The notes: a model not told the origin generated them from the sequence alone. A DNA stretch of 64,000 nt from Candidatus Geocrenenecus sp. JGI 0000106-J15 (GCA_000405685.1 ASPF01000004.1:23027-87026); one strand, 5' to 3'. Counted from the stretch's first letter, positions 1-9,835 are shown. Numbers and translations are program-made.

Positions 1-1116
1 GGTTATGGTGCGTTATTGTTTGGGCATGCTCCTAGGATGCTTATAGAGAGATTAAAGAAGATAGTTGAAGATGGTATTCTATACGGTGCACCAACAGAAG
101 AAGAAGTATTATTAGCTGAGAAGATCCGAGAACTCTACCCATCCATCGAGATGGTTAGGCTTGCTAATAGTGGCTTGGAAGCAACAATGCATGCGGTTAG
201 ATTAGCGAGAGGATACACTGGTAGGAGGAAGATACTGAAATTTGAAGGATGCTTCCACGGTTCCCATGATTCTGTATTAGTTAAAGCAGGCTCCGGAGCT
301 TTAACTTTTGGAGTACCTTCAAGTTATGGTGTGCTGGAAGACTTAGCTAAGCATACCCTTGTATCAAGATTTAATGATATAGAATTGACTGAGAAGATCG
401 TTAGAGAAAATCGAGATGATCTTGCAGCCATAATTACTGAGCCTGTAGCGGTAAATGTTGGATTAATCAAGCCAAAGATAGATTTCCTAAAAGCTCTTAG
501 AGAACTTGCAGACTATTCTGGGGCAGTATTGATATTTGATGAGGTAGTAACAGGATTCAGGCTTTCTCCTGGTGGCGCACAGCAATACTACGGAATAAAA
601 GCTGATTTAACAACTCTTGGTAAAGTGTTAGGTGGAGGTCTACCTATATCTGCTTTTGGTGGAAGAAAAGATATAATGAAGAATCTTGCACCAGCTGGTA
701 AGGTTTATGCCTCTGGAACATATAGTGGAAACCCATTATCTACGAAGGCAGCTTTAACCGTGCTAGATTATATAAAAGAAAATCCAACCATTTACCCTGA
801 GATGAGAAGGAAAGTAGAGAAAATGTGTAAGAGTATAGAGGAGATCGCCTCTGGTAAATCTTTAAAGATAACTGTGAATTATATTGAGTCAATGTTCCAG
901 ATATTCTTCACTGATACTGAGATCTTAAGCTACGATGATGTAAAGAAATCAAATATAGAATTCTTTAAACAATATTTCAACCACATGTTAAAGAATGGTG
1001 TATTCATTCCTCCAAGCCAGTTTGAAACATGCTTCCTCTCAACAGCACATACAGATAACGATATAGAATTAACAATAAATTCTATTGAGAGTTCTCTTTC
1101 TCAGATAAAAAGATGA
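1..1116 (+). CDS. hemL: glutamate-1-semialdehyde 2,1-aminomutase, 5'-truncated by window edge
   Basis: Frame is open from nt 1 (GYGALLFGHAP...), so the listed start at 16 is internal. Class-III aminotransferase/GSAM-like sequence (SGLEATMHAVRLARGYTGR, LIFDEVVTGFR, GTYSGNPLS). ATGA stop/start overlap with hemC. Confidence 0.9.
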   Translation, partial: GYGALLFGHAPRMLIERLKKIVEDGILYGAPTEEEVLLAEKIRELYPSIEMVRLANSGLEATMHAVRLARGYTGRRKILKFEGCFHGSHDSVLVKAGSGALTFGVPSSYGVLEDLAKHTLVSRFNDIELTEKIVRENRDDLAAIITEPVAVNVGLIKPKIDFLKALRELADYSGAVLIFDEVVTGFRLSPGGAQQYYGIKADLTTLGKVLGGGLPISAFGGRKDIMKNLAPAGKVYASGTYSGNPLSTKAALTVLDYIKENPTIYPEMRRKVEKMCKSIEEIASGKSLKITVNYIESMFQIFFTDTEILSYDDVKKSNIEFFKQYFNHMLKNGVFIPPSQFETCFLSTAHTDNDIELTINSIESSLSQIKR

Positions 1117-2036
1117 AGCTTAGAGTAGGAACTCGAGGTAGCCAGCTTTCACTTATCCAAACGATGGAAGTAATTGATAAACTAAAAACCAAGTTCCCAG
1201 AGATAGAATATGAAATAAAGATTATAAAAACTAGAGGAGATATAGATCTGGAAACTCCACTCTACATGATTCCTCAGAAAGGCATATTTGAGAAAGAGAT
1301 AGACCAGGCTCTACTAAGAAGAGAGATAGACTTCGCTGTTCACAGTATGAAGGATTATCCAACCAAGCTACCCTACGAGCTCGTTATAGCTGCTGTGCCA
1401 GAGAGATGCAGCCCTTACGATGTATTCATTTCTAGAGATAGTTTAAGCTTAAACGATCTACCTAGAAATAGCATTGTAGGTACGAGTAGTCTTAGAAGAG
1501 AATCCTTCATAAAATATATTAGAAATGACTTAGAGATAATTCCAGTTCGAGGAAATGTTGAAACAAGAATCCAGAAGATGCTTAGAGGAGATGTTGATGC
1601 TTTAATTCTAGCGGAGGCAGGATTAGAAAGGATCGGGGAGAAGATAAAGTATGAAAGACTGTCTATCGAGGATTTCACTCCTGCCGCTGGTCAGGGAGCA
1701 TTAGCTGTAGTAGCTAGGAGGAATGATCAAGAATTAATTAAAATCCTCCAGAGTGTAAATCATTACAAGAGTTGGGTTGAGACAATGACTGAACGTAATA
1801 TTATCTCTCTACTAGATGTTGGATGTAAGACACCCATCGGGGTATACGTTGAAATGAGTATAGATGGATTAAACATAGCTATCTCAACTGTATCAACAGA
1901 CTATTCCAAGAAAGTACACATACAGACATTCAGCAAAGACATCGATATCTCGAGAGCATCAATAGATGCAGTTAGATTGTTCAAGGAGAAGGGTGGGCTA
2001 GAGATCTTAAACGCTTGGAGAAGAATCTACGATTAG
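1113..2036 (+). CDS. hemC: porphobilinogen deaminase (hydroxymethylbilane synthase)
   Basis: 307 aa. N-terminus MKLRVGTRGSQLSLIQT, plus HSMKDYP, GTSSLRR and RGNVETR motifs characteristic of HemC. Translationally coupled to hemL. Confidence 0.92.
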   Translation: MKLRVGTRGSQLSLIQTMEVIDKLKTKFPEIEYEIKIIKTRGDIDLETPLYMIPQKGIFEKEIDQALLRREIDFAVHSMKDYPTKLPYELVIAAVPERCSPYDVFISRDSLSLNDLPRNSIVGTSSLRRESFIKYIRNDLEIIPVRGNVETRIQKMLRGDVDALILAEAGLERIGEKIKYERLSIEDFTPAAGQGALAVVARRNDQELIKILQSVNHYKSWVETMTERNIISLLDVGCKTPIGVYVEMSIDGLNIAISTVSTDYSKKVHIQTFSKDIDISRASIDAVRLFKEKGGLEILNAWRRIYD

Positions 2037-2107
2037 GTAGATTCACTTAGGCAACATCTAGATTAACAGCTTAAATATTATTGCCTGATATCTAATTATG
2101 GTCATAT

Positions 2108-2515
2108 TTGATTGATGATGAAGAATATAGAAGATGGATAGAGATGTCAAAACGGACATTGCATTCAGCGGAAGGTGATATAGAAAGAGAGGACCATAAT
2201 TGGGCATGCTTTAAAGCTCATCAAGCTGCAGAATACGCTGTGAAAGCCCTCCTACATGGTCTAGGATTAGCGCCAAAAGGTCGTAGCATTTCCTTGCTAA
2301 CACGTAGCATACCACGAGAGCTGGATCCTGATGAAATCTTGGACCTTGCTAAAACTCTAGACAAACACTACATACCGACAAGATATCCGAATGCTTGGAG
2401 CGAAGGTATTCCTACCGATTACTATACTTTAAAAGATTCTAGACAAGCAGTTTCATATGCATCCAAGATAATTAATTGGGTTGAGGAGAAATGGAAGTTA
2501 TTAAGGAAAGAATAA
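2108..2515 (+). CDS. HEPN-domain protein (putative RNase toxin of a HEPN/MNT pair)
   Basis: 135 aa with a TTG start. Helical HEPN-type sequence (YRRWIEMSKRTLHSAEGDIE ... LDKHYIPTRYPNAW). Immediately followed by an MNT-type nucleotidyltransferase. Confidence 0.75.
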   Translation: MIDDEEYRRWIEMSKRTLHSAEGDIEREDHNWACFKAHQAAEYAVKALLHGLGLAPKGRSISLLTRSIPRELDPDEILDLAKTLDKHYIPTRYPNAWSEGIPTDYYTLKDSRQAVSYASKIINWVEEKWKLLRKE

Positions 2516-2836
2516 AGCAGAGAGAAAATAATCAGAGAAGTAAGAAGATGGGTTGAAAGCATACAGTTCACTGTCACAGCAGTCATTATAGGGTCTTATG
2601 CAAGAGGTGACTTTAATGTATGGAGCGACGTTGACGTACTATTGATCTCAGATTGTTTTCTAGAAAATCCCTTAGGGAGGCTAAGACAGATAGATCCTCT
2701 GCCTGGTGTCGAGGCCATACCCTTAAGGATAGATGAGTTTAGAAAGCTAAGAGAAAAGAAAAATCTTATAGCTGTTGAAGCAGACACTACAGGCATAGTT
2801 ATAAGAGATGATCTTGGAATCTTTAGTCATAAATGA
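2491..2836 (+). pseudogene. minimal nucleotidyltransferase (MNT, antitoxin partner of HEPN), reading frame disrupted
   Basis: GSYARGDFNVWSDVDVLLISD (the GSxxRGxxxxxSDxD NTase motif) lies in the frame of nt 2516-2836, which has no ATG/GTG start before TTG 2642. A typical MNT N-terminus, MEVIKERIKQRE, starts at ATG 2491 in the frame one nt behind and stops at 2554-2556. The two pieces join with a 1-nt shift near the A-rich run at 2521-2530. Confidence 0.6.
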
Positions 2837-3065
2837 TGCTTCCATAAACCTTCTTCTCCAAAGACAAGTGCATATTCTTAATATGTTTAGAAGTGATGTA
2901 ACGTTTAGATATCGGTATTACATTGTCTGCTTTTCTCAAGTTTTCTGAATAAAAGATTTATCATAGATTCAGCAAGAAAGCTTCCAACTTGAATAGATAG
3001 ATTTCAATATGATTTCTTATGTAACTCTTTATATTTACAGAATGTATGGAATATAATGAGAGCTT

Positions 3066-3809
3066 ATGGGTAAAGTGTATCTCGTTGGTGCTGGTCCAGG
3101 AGATCCCGAACTTATCACCTTGAAGGCTCTGAGAATATTAGAGAATGCAGATGTGGTGGTTTATGATAGACTAGTTAACGCTAAGATCCTTGAATACGCT
3201 GTTAAGGTGAAGGAGCTAATATCCGTTGGCAAGGAGAAGGGTGAGAGCTGGAAGCAAGAAGAGATAAATAAGCTGCTTATCGAGAAAGCAAGACAGTATG
3301 ATGTTGTTGTTAGATTGAAGAACGGCGACCCTATGCTCTTCGCTAGAGGTGGAGAAGAATGTGAAGCATTAAAGTCTGCTGGAGTAATGTATGAAGTAGT
3401 TCCAGGAGTCTCATCGGCTCTAGCTGCTCCAACATATGCAGGCATCCCCATAACACATAGAGATTATTCATCTTCAGTAGCAATAGTTACAGGTCATAGG
3501 AGAGAAGGATATGGAAATGATGTAGAATACTTAAGAAAGATCTTCTCTTCTGTAGATACTGTCATAGTCTTGATGGGTGTATCGAATCTAGGGAGAATAA
3601 TTGAAGAGGCTGTCGCATCTGGACTGCCAGCTTCCACCCCTGTAGCTATAATCGAGAATGCAACCCTTTCATCTCAGAGAGTTTTTACGGGTACCCTTAA
3701 GAACATTCTTGATATAGCGGAGAAGCATGATGTAAAGCCTCCAGCCGTTCTAGTCTTTGGTAGAGTCGTTGAATTGAGAGAGAAGTTGAAATGGATAGGA
3801 GACCAGTAG
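3066..3809 (+). CDS. cobA: uroporphyrinogen-III C-methyltransferase (SUMT; makes precorrin-2 for siroheme)
   Basis: 247 aa. N-terminal VYLVGAGPGDPELITLKA, GDPMLFARGGEE and VVPGVSSALAAP motifs of tetrapyrrole methylases. Confidence 0.88.
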   Translation: MGKVYLVGAGPGDPELITLKALRILENADVVVYDRLVNAKILEYAVKVKELISVGKEKGESWKQEEINKLLIEKARQYDVVVRLKNGDPMLFARGGEECEALKSAGVMYEVVPGVSSALAAPTYAGIPITHRDYSSSVAIVTGHRREGYGNDVEYLRKIFSSVDTVIVLMGVSNLGRIIEEAVASGLPASTPVAIIENATLSSQRVFTGTLKNILDIAEKHDVKPPAVLVFGRVVELREKLKWIGDQ

Positions 3810-4564
3810 TCATATTACCGGGAACAAGAGATACATCTAGAAATATAATCAAGTACTTGAGAGATTTGGATATAGAATTCAAGATAATCCCTATCATCAA
3901 TGTTATGATAGATTATGATGAAGTTGAGTCAGTCCGTAAAGCTTTTTCATCAGGTTTCACTCCATACATTAGTCTATTTACAAGTAAGACCGCAGTTAAA
4001 ATAGTTAAGAAATTTATCCCAGAAGCTTGGAAGAATGCTGAAAAGTATTCACTAGCCATAGGACCTGGAACAGCTTCCTTACTAAGAAGACTAGGTGTAG
4101 TGAAGATAGAATATCCAAGAGAACACTCATCGGAGGGATTAATAAAATATTTAGTAGATCTTCCATACTTAACAGCTTTGGCAGTGTATTGTTCAAGTCA
4201 AGTTAATTCTCAATTAGAAAGATTTGTAAAAGAATACTTTAAACATTCTTATCTATGGAAACTCTACACTCTCTCTGATAAAAATAAATCAATGAAGAAG
4301 ATAGTGGAATTTATAAGAAGAGACCAGGATAAGATGTACATCATTGTTGTCACTTCTCTGAAAATCCTTAAAGTTCTCTCAAGAGAGAATGAGTTATTCA
4401 CAAAATATAGGAACGTATTTCTCTCAGTAATTAGCAAAAGATTAAGAGATGAAGCAGTAAATTTAGGATTGAAAGTCGACCATTATCCCTCAACCAATAA
4501 TATCACAGAATACTATATTGAGCTGAGAAAATATGTCTCAGAATTAATATCTGATTTTAGTTAA
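3791..4564 (+). CDS. hemD: uroporphyrinogen-III synthase
   Basis: 257 aa, overlapping the cobA 3' end by 19 nt. HemD-like pattern (VVILPGTRD...IIPII, SLFTSKTAVKIV, AIGPGTASLLRRLG). Operon context with hemL, hemC and cobA. Confidence 0.7.
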   Translation: MDRRPVVILPGTRDTSRNIIKYLRDLDIEFKIIPIINVMIDYDEVESVRKAFSSGFTPYISLFTSKTAVKIVKKFIPEAWKNAEKYSLAIGPGTASLLRRLGVVKIEYPREHSSEGLIKYLVDLPYLTALAVYCSSQVNSQLERFVKEYFKHSYLWKLYTLSDKNKSMKKIVEFIRRDQDKMYIIVVTSLKILKVLSRENELFTKYRNVFLSVISKRLRDEAVNLGLKVDHYPSTNNITEYYIELRKYVSELISDFS

Positions 4565-4800
4565 GCCTGAAGTTTATAATAGTTGTCCATGATTGACTGA
4601 GATAGTGTTATTCCTATCAAGCTTTTAAGACATTATTAACTCCTCCTGAGATTATTATTCACAGTAGACTAGCATATTCTAACTTAGCCCAGTATATAGC
4701 ATGGAGCTATTCCTAACACAATTTTTACCGAAAGAATTATCTAGATCGAGTTATTTTCTATTTAGGAGCCCAAATCTTTAAGATTGTCTACTTGTATTCA

Positions 4801-4825
4801 AAGTTACACCTATAATAAGTTACAC
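4801..4825. repeat. direct repeat AAGTTACAC-N7-AAGTTACAC in the dsrM upstream region
   Basis: Exact 9-nt copies at 4801-4809 and 4817-4825, 16 nt start to start. They sit in a 470-nt non-coding spacer about 230 nt upstream of dsrM. Possible transcription-factor site. Confidence 0.3.
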
Positions 4826-5050
4826 ATAAAGATAACCGTCAATATAGAGGCTCCTCCTTAGCTTCTAAATATCTCAATACTTGTAGATACATCATATCGA
4901 GACTTAGTTTGTAGTAAAATGATCATTGAGTAATAGTGTAGAATTTAAATAATAAAACTATGTCATATACTTGATTCATGAAGAATTCTTAAATGGTAAA
5001 ATATGGCAGGAAAGATTGTAAAGTAGATAGCAGGATAGGTGTTTTGGAGA

Positions 5051-5734
5051 ATGAATGAATATCTTACAGTTTTTACAGGTATCTACCTACCCTACATTAC
5101 ATTAGCGGTTTTCGGTCTAGCTGTTATATATAATTTCTTTAAGTGGATGTTTCTTCCGAGACCCGTCATGTGGGCCATATTCCCAGCTAAGAAGAGCCTA
5201 GTAAACATCTTATTCACTATTGCTCAGAGAATCTTTTCTCTGCCTGGTCCTAGAAAATTCGACAAACTCATATTTACGTTATCATGGATGTTCCATATAG
5301 GGCTGATTGTAAGCCTCTCGCTTCACGCTAAATATATCTTCACATCACATCTTCCATATGAATATGAGGTTGGAACTACTGCAGGGATGCTGGCCGCGAT
5401 AGGTTCAGTAGGATTTATAATTAGAAGATATGCTGATAAAAGAGCTGACTCACACTTTGCAGATTATTTTGCGTTAATTCTTCTAATAATAACATTATCT
5501 TTGGGACAGTATATTCGTATGTTTAAGATGGTTGAGTCTACACATCTGTGGACTTGGGTGCAGGGAATACTAACTCTAAATCCTATTCTTCCTCCAGCTA
5601 ACATTCTCTTCTTAATGCATATTCTGTTTGCACAAATATACATGATGTATCTACCCTTCAAGACACTCATACATCCAATTGCAATATTCTATGGACAGAA
5701 GATCATTCTCGACTCGAGACATGTAAAGGGGTGA
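5051..5734 (+). CDS. dsrM: DsrM, NarI/HdrE-like membrane b-type cytochrome subunit of the DsrMK complex
   Basis: Polytopic membrane protein with about 5-6 hydrophobic helices and conserved His in helices (MFHIGLIV, LMHILFAQIYMMYLPF). Directly upstream of dsrK. ATG 5051 is preferred over the GTG 5039 listed in the ORF track because of the GGTG motif upstream. Confidence 0.75.
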   Translation: MNEYLTVFTGIYLPYITLAVFGLAVIYNFFKWMFLPRPVMWAIFPAKKSLVNILFTIAQRIFSLPGPRKFDKLIFTLSWMFHIGLIVSLSLHAKYIFTSHLPYEYEVGTTAGMLAAIGSVGFIIRRYADKRADSHFADYFALILLIITLSLGQYIRMFKMVESTHLWTWVQGILTLNPILPPANILFLMHILFAQIYMMYLPFKTLIHPIAIFYGQKIILDSRHVKG

Positions 5735-5740
5735 CATGCT

Positions 5741-7135
5741 ATGAAAGTTGAGCAGATACACAAGGTTTTCGATGAATATAGAGGTCTTTCAGATAATAAA
5801 CTACGACCATTTGAACAAAAGTCTGAACGCTTTCTGGAATCATTTAGAGGATTACTAGACAAGAAGAATAACTGGGCTTTTCTCTTACCGTTAAGATTAG
5901 CCTTAGAAGCATGCACCCACTGTGGTACATGTGCTGAAGCCTGTCCGACATATATTGGTAGTGGCAGAAATAAGATTTATAGCCCAGTCTATCGTGCTGA
6001 CATGCTCAGGAAGATATACAGGAGACATTTTACATTAACTGGAAAAATCTTCAAGAAACTCATAGGAGCGGAAGAGATCACGGAGCAAGATGTAAACGCA
6101 ATGGCTGAGGCGGCGTATCGATGTTCGATATGTAGGAGATGTGTTCTAGCATGTCCATTCGGTTTAGACAATGGATTAGTTATGAGGGAGATAAGGAAAA
6201 TATTTGCTGAGCTAGGAATCGTACCCGAGGAGTTGAAGGAGGAAGGTGTAGATAATCAGCTAAAGTATGGTAGTGCTCCAAAGATACCATATGAAGCCTT
6301 GATGAATATTTTAGATTTTGTTAAAGGAGAAATTGAAGAGAATAGAAAAAACGTCAATGTTGAAATTCCAGTAGACAAAGTAGGAGCAAAGTATCTTATC
6401 ATCAACAATGCTGGAGATTACATATCTTTCTTAGACACCATTAGGGGCATCGTTGAAATAATGAATTATGTCAACGTAGATTGGACTCTAAATTCTCCTA
6501 GAACAGGTGTATTTGATAATGTTAACTATGGACTATTTTACAGCGATAAAGACATGCTCCGCGTTATCCATGCTCATCTAGAGACAATCAAGAAACTTAA
6601 ACCTGAATATGTTGTAGTTGGAGAATGTGGGCATGCTTACGATGTGCTAGGACATCTCATAAAAGATCTTATACCACCTGAAGAGAGACCTTTCAAAGTC
6701 ATACACATAGTTGAACTATACGATAAATTCTTGAAAGAGGGTAAACTAAAGCTAGATAAGGATAAGAATATTGAACCAGTTACATTTCACGACTCATGCA
6801 AGATAGGTAGATGTGGAGGAATTTATGATGAGCCTCGAAGAGTTATAGCTGCGTCATGTAAAGATTTCAGAGAAATGTATCCCAATAGGGAGTATAATTA
6901 CTGCTGCGGTGGTGGAGGAGGATTTGCATTAATGAGTAAATATAATTTCCTTGACTTCAGGATGAAAACATATGGTAGATTAAAGATGCAGCAAGTAAAA
7001 GATACAGGTGCTTCAACCCTCATAACTATATGTGCAAACTGTAAGAGACAAGTCTTAGATATGATTAGCTACTACAATCTAAACATTAATGTTTCAGGCT
7101 TAAGCGAGGTACTAGCTAACGCATTAGTCTACTAG
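5741..7135 (+). CDS. dsrK: DsrK, HdrD-like iron-sulfur subunit of the DsrMK complex
   Basis: 464 aa. Two ferredoxin motifs (CTHCGTCAEACP, CSICRRCVLACP) and a C-terminal CCG-domain signature (HDSCKIGRCGG ... YCCGGGGG ... CANCK). GGGGTGA Shine-Dalgarno sequence upstream. Confidence 0.85.
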   Translation: MKVEQIHKVFDEYRGLSDNKLRPFEQKSERFLESFRGLLDKKNNWAFLLPLRLALEACTHCGTCAEACPTYIGSGRNKIYSPVYRADMLRKIYRRHFTLTGKIFKKLIGAEEITEQDVNAMAEAAYRCSICRRCVLACPFGLDNGLVMREIRKIFAELGIVPEELKEEGVDNQLKYGSAPKIPYEALMNILDFVKGEIEENRKNVNVEIPVDKVGAKYLIINNAGDYISFLDTIRGIVEIMNYVNVDWTLNSPRTGVFDNVNYGLFYSDKDMLRVIHAHLETIKKLKPEYVVVGECGHAYDVLGHLIKDLIPPEERPFKVIHIVELYDKFLKEGKLKLDKDKNIEPVTFHDSCKIGRCGGIYDEPRRVIAASCKDFREMYPNREYNYCCGGGGGFALMSKYNFLDFRMKTYGRLKMQQVKDTGASTLITICANCKRQVLDMISYYNLNINVSGLSEVLANALVY

Positions 7136-7275
7136 ACCTAAATCACACTAAGAATTCTAATGATTGAAGGATCCTAAAAATTAGGTTTAAGTTTAAGTCA
7201 TGGATATAACAGTGTTTAATCGAACTTTTTGACAAGCAAAAATAAGAACCTAGTTGTTAAATGAGTTTTTCCATA

Positions 7276-7291
7276 TGAAAAATTATATAGA
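7276..7291 (+). promoter_or_regulatory. candidate TATA/BRE promoter element for dsrABD
   Basis: AT-rich GAAAAATTATATAG about 35-45 nt upstream of the dsrA ATG (7323), inside a 180-nt dsrK-dsrA spacer. The position fits a short-leader archaeal promoter. No experimental support. Confidence 0.3.
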
Positions 7292-7322
7292 CCTGATATA
7301 GTAGATATAAGATGAGTTGAAA

Positions 7323-8501
7323 ATGTCCGAGACACCATTACTGGATGAGTTGGAGAAGGGTCCCTGGCCAAGTTTTGTCAAGGAAATGAAGAGGATGGCA
7401 GACGTAAAACCTTATGCGAAGAACGTTTTACTACAGCTTGAGAGATCGTATAGAGAGAAGGTGACTCACTGGAAGCATGGAGGAATCGTCGGTGTCAGGG
7501 GATATGGTGGAGGAGTTATTGGAAGATATAGTGATCTACCTCCAGAGGTTATGCCTACGCCTGAAGTTCACACACTTAGAGTTGCTCAACCAGCTGGATG
7601 GTTCTATTCAACTAAAGCTCTAAGAAAGCTATGTGATGTATGGGAGAAGTATGGAACAGGCTTCATAAATCTACATGGGTCTACTGGAGATATAATATTG
7701 CTTGGAGCACCAACAGGAAATCTGCAACCATGTTTTGAAGAATTGATATCGATAGGTTTCGACTTGGGAGGCTCAGGAGGCGATGTTAGAACTTTAAGCT
7801 GCTGCGGTGGACCAGCATTCTGCCAATGGTCATGTATAGATACACTCGATATGTATCATGAACTTACAATGGAACTACAGGACGAAATTCATAGACCGAG
7901 GTTCCCATACAAGTTTAAGATTAAGATCTCAGGATGCCCAAACGATTGTGTAGCTGCGCTAGCTAGAGCTGACTTAGCAATAATAGGGACTTGGAGGGAC
8001 TCGATAAAGATTGATCAAGAAGCTATTAAAGAGTATGCACGACAAGGTGTAAATATATCTGGTGTAGCCGCTAGATGCCCACCTCAAGCTCTTGAATGGG
8101 ATGGTAAAGAATTGAGGGTCATCCCTGAAGATTGCACTAGATGTATGAGATGTCTAGGGGCTCTCCCGAAAGCTATTCTACCTGGAGATGAGAGAGGCGT
8201 ATCAATACTACTAGGTGGCAAAGCAACTATATTGCAGGGTGCCTTCCTTGGATGGGTTATAGTACCATTCATGAAAGCTGATAAACCATACACTGAGGTG
8301 AAAGACTTAATCAGGAGGATACTTGACTGGTGGGACGAGAATGCGAGGACTAGAGAAAGGATAGGTGAGCTAGTCTATAGAGTTGGTATGAGAACTTTCT
8401 TAAAGGCTGTAGGTTTACCGCCGGTACCACAGATGGTCTATCTTCCTCGAGCTAACCCGTACTACTTCTGGAGTCCTGAAGAATTAGAGGAGGTGAAGTA
8501 G
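7323..8501 (+). CDS. dsrA: dissimilatory sulfite reductase alpha subunit
   Basis: N-terminus [21 protein letters not shown]. Siroheme-[4Fe-4S] cysteine pattern CGGPAFC (C-x5-C) plus CPNDC (C-x3-C). Ferredoxin insert CPPQA...CTRCMRC. ATG 7323 is preferred over TTG 7317. Confidence 0.92.
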   Translation: MSETPLLDELEKGPWPSFVKEMKRMADVKPYAKNVLLQLERSYREKVTHWKHGGIVGVRGYGGGVIGRYSDLPPEVMPTPEVHTLRVAQPAGWFYSTKALRKLCDVWEKYGTGFINLHGSTGDIILLGAPTGNLQPCFEELISIGFDLGGSGGDVRTLSCCGGPAFCQWSCIDTLDMYHELTMELQDEIHRPRFPYKFKIKISGCPNDCVAALARADLAIIGTWRDSIKIDQEAIKEYARQGVNISGVAARCPPQALEWDGKELRVIPEDCTRCMRCLGALPKAILPGDERGVSILLGGKATILQGAFLGWVIVPFMKADKPYTEVKDLIRRILDWWDENARTRERIGELVYRVGMRTFLKAVGLPPVPQMVYLPRANPYYFWSPEELEEVK

Positions 8502-8503
8502 GT

Positions 8504-9577
8504 ATGGCGGCAGAGAAGAAGTATATTACAGATATTGGTCCACCACACTACAGGGAGATGGTTCATCCAGTACTCTTAAAGAACTATGGTAAATGGAGGT
8601 ACCATGAATATGTTGCTCCAGGTGTGATAAAGCATGTCTCAATGAATGGTGAGGAAGTCTACATGGTTAGAGCTGCAGTACCTAAGATCGTGAGCGTATA
8701 CTTTGTTAAAGAATTATGCGATGTTGCTGATAAGTATTCAGATGGCTATGTAAAGTTTACGAGTAGACATAATGTAGAGTTCATCGTTACAGACAAGAAG
8801 AAGCTTGATGGGCTTCTCAAGGAATTAAAGGATAGAGGTTGGCCAGTTGGAGGAACAGGCCGTTCACTAAAAGCTATAATCCATACACAAGGATGGGTGC
8901 ACTGCCATACAGCTATAATAGATGCGCCTGGGCTTGCTAAAGCATTATACGATGATCTATATGAATACTTTGCTAGAGATGATTTACCAGGCAAGCTTAA
9001 GATAGCTGTTGCATGCTGTCTAAACATGTGTGGGGCCGTACACTGCTCAGACTTGGCATTCGTTGGGATGCATAGGAAGCCGCCTGTAGTTAACGACGAT
9101 ATAGTCAGTAGGCTATGCGAAATACCTACACTTGTCGCAAGCTGTCCAACTGCAGCTATTAGACCTGCACCTGAGAAGAAGTCCGTCATAGTTAATGAAG
9201 AGAGATGCATGTATTGTGGAAACTGCTATACCGTATGTCCAGGAATGTTCATACATAATCCAAAATATGACTGTTTATCGATGTGGGTCGGAGGAAACGC
9301 TGTTGCTGGAGGACCACCTGAATTCTCTAGGCTTGCCATACCATATCTACCGAATAATCCACCTAGATGGCCTGAGGCAGTCCAAGCAGCTAGAAGAGTT
9401 ATTGAGGTCTGGATAAAACACGCAAAGAAAGGGGAAAGGATCGGGGACTGGATAAAGAGGATCGGGTGGGAGAGATTCTTCACTCTAACAGAGATACCTT
9501 TCACAGACAAGCATATAGACGACTTTACATTCTCTCTCCCAACCTTCCGGACCACAACGCTTTTCAAGTGGAAGTAA
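8504..9577 (+). CDS. dsrB: dissimilatory sulfite reductase beta subunit
   Basis: 357 aa. HTQGWVHCHT and ACCLNMCGAVHCSD motifs, ferredoxin domain CPTAA...CMYCGNCYTVCP. GGAGGTGA Shine-Dalgarno sequence; starts 2 nt after the dsrA stop. Confidence 0.92.
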   Translation: MAAEKKYITDIGPPHYREMVHPVLLKNYGKWRYHEYVAPGVIKHVSMNGEEVYMVRAAVPKIVSVYFVKELCDVADKYSDGYVKFTSRHNVEFIVTDKKKLDGLLKELKDRGWPVGGTGRSLKAIIHTQGWVHCHTAIIDAPGLAKALYDDLYEYFARDDLPGKLKIAVACCLNMCGAVHCSDLAFVGMHRKPPVVNDDIVSRLCEIPTLVASCPTAAIRPAPEKKSVIVNEERCMYCGNCYTVCPGMFIHNPKYDCLSMWVGGNAVAGGPPEFSRLAIPYLPNNPPRWPEAVQAARRVIEVWIKHAKKGERIGDWIKRIGWERFFTLTEIPFTDKHIDDFTFSLPTFRTTTLFKWK

Positions 9578-9597
9578 CATAGAATTGATGAGGGAGA

Positions 9598-9810
9598 ATG
9601 GCTGAGGTAACTGAAGACATTAAAAACCAGATAATCGATTACTTGAAGAAGGTTAAGAGGTCAGTTACCAATAGAGATATTGCTAAAGCTTTAAAACTTG
9701 AGAAGAAAGTAATAGATAAAGCTGTTAATGAACTTGTCAATGAAGGAAGAATCGAATGGGTATCATTTGGTGGGGAAACAAGGATCAAGTTACCTGAATC
9801 AACAGAATAG
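9598..9810 (+). CDS. dsrD: DsrD-like small winged-helix protein
   Basis: 70 aa, immediately downstream of dsrB. wHTH-like core (TNRDIAKALKLEKKVIDKAVNELVNEGRIEWVSFGGETRIKL) resembles the DsrD C-terminal ...LEYWSSGSTT.Y.L pattern. Same position as in dsrABD operons. Confidence 0.6.
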   Translation: MAEVTEDIKNQIIDYLKKVKRSVTNRDIAKALKLEKKVIDKAVNELVNEGRIEWVSFGGETRIKLPESTE

Positions 9811-9835
9811 CTGTCATTGCATAGTATCCTCCTAA

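Noticed and set aside
8746-9210. 154-aa minus-strand ORF inside dsrB (and 8084-8293, 9226-9567 in dsrA/dsrB)
   Set aside because: These are antisense to strongly supported dsrA/dsrB coding sequence. The products are Ser/Leu/Thr/Pro-rich low-complexity sequences without motifs, typical shadow ORFs.
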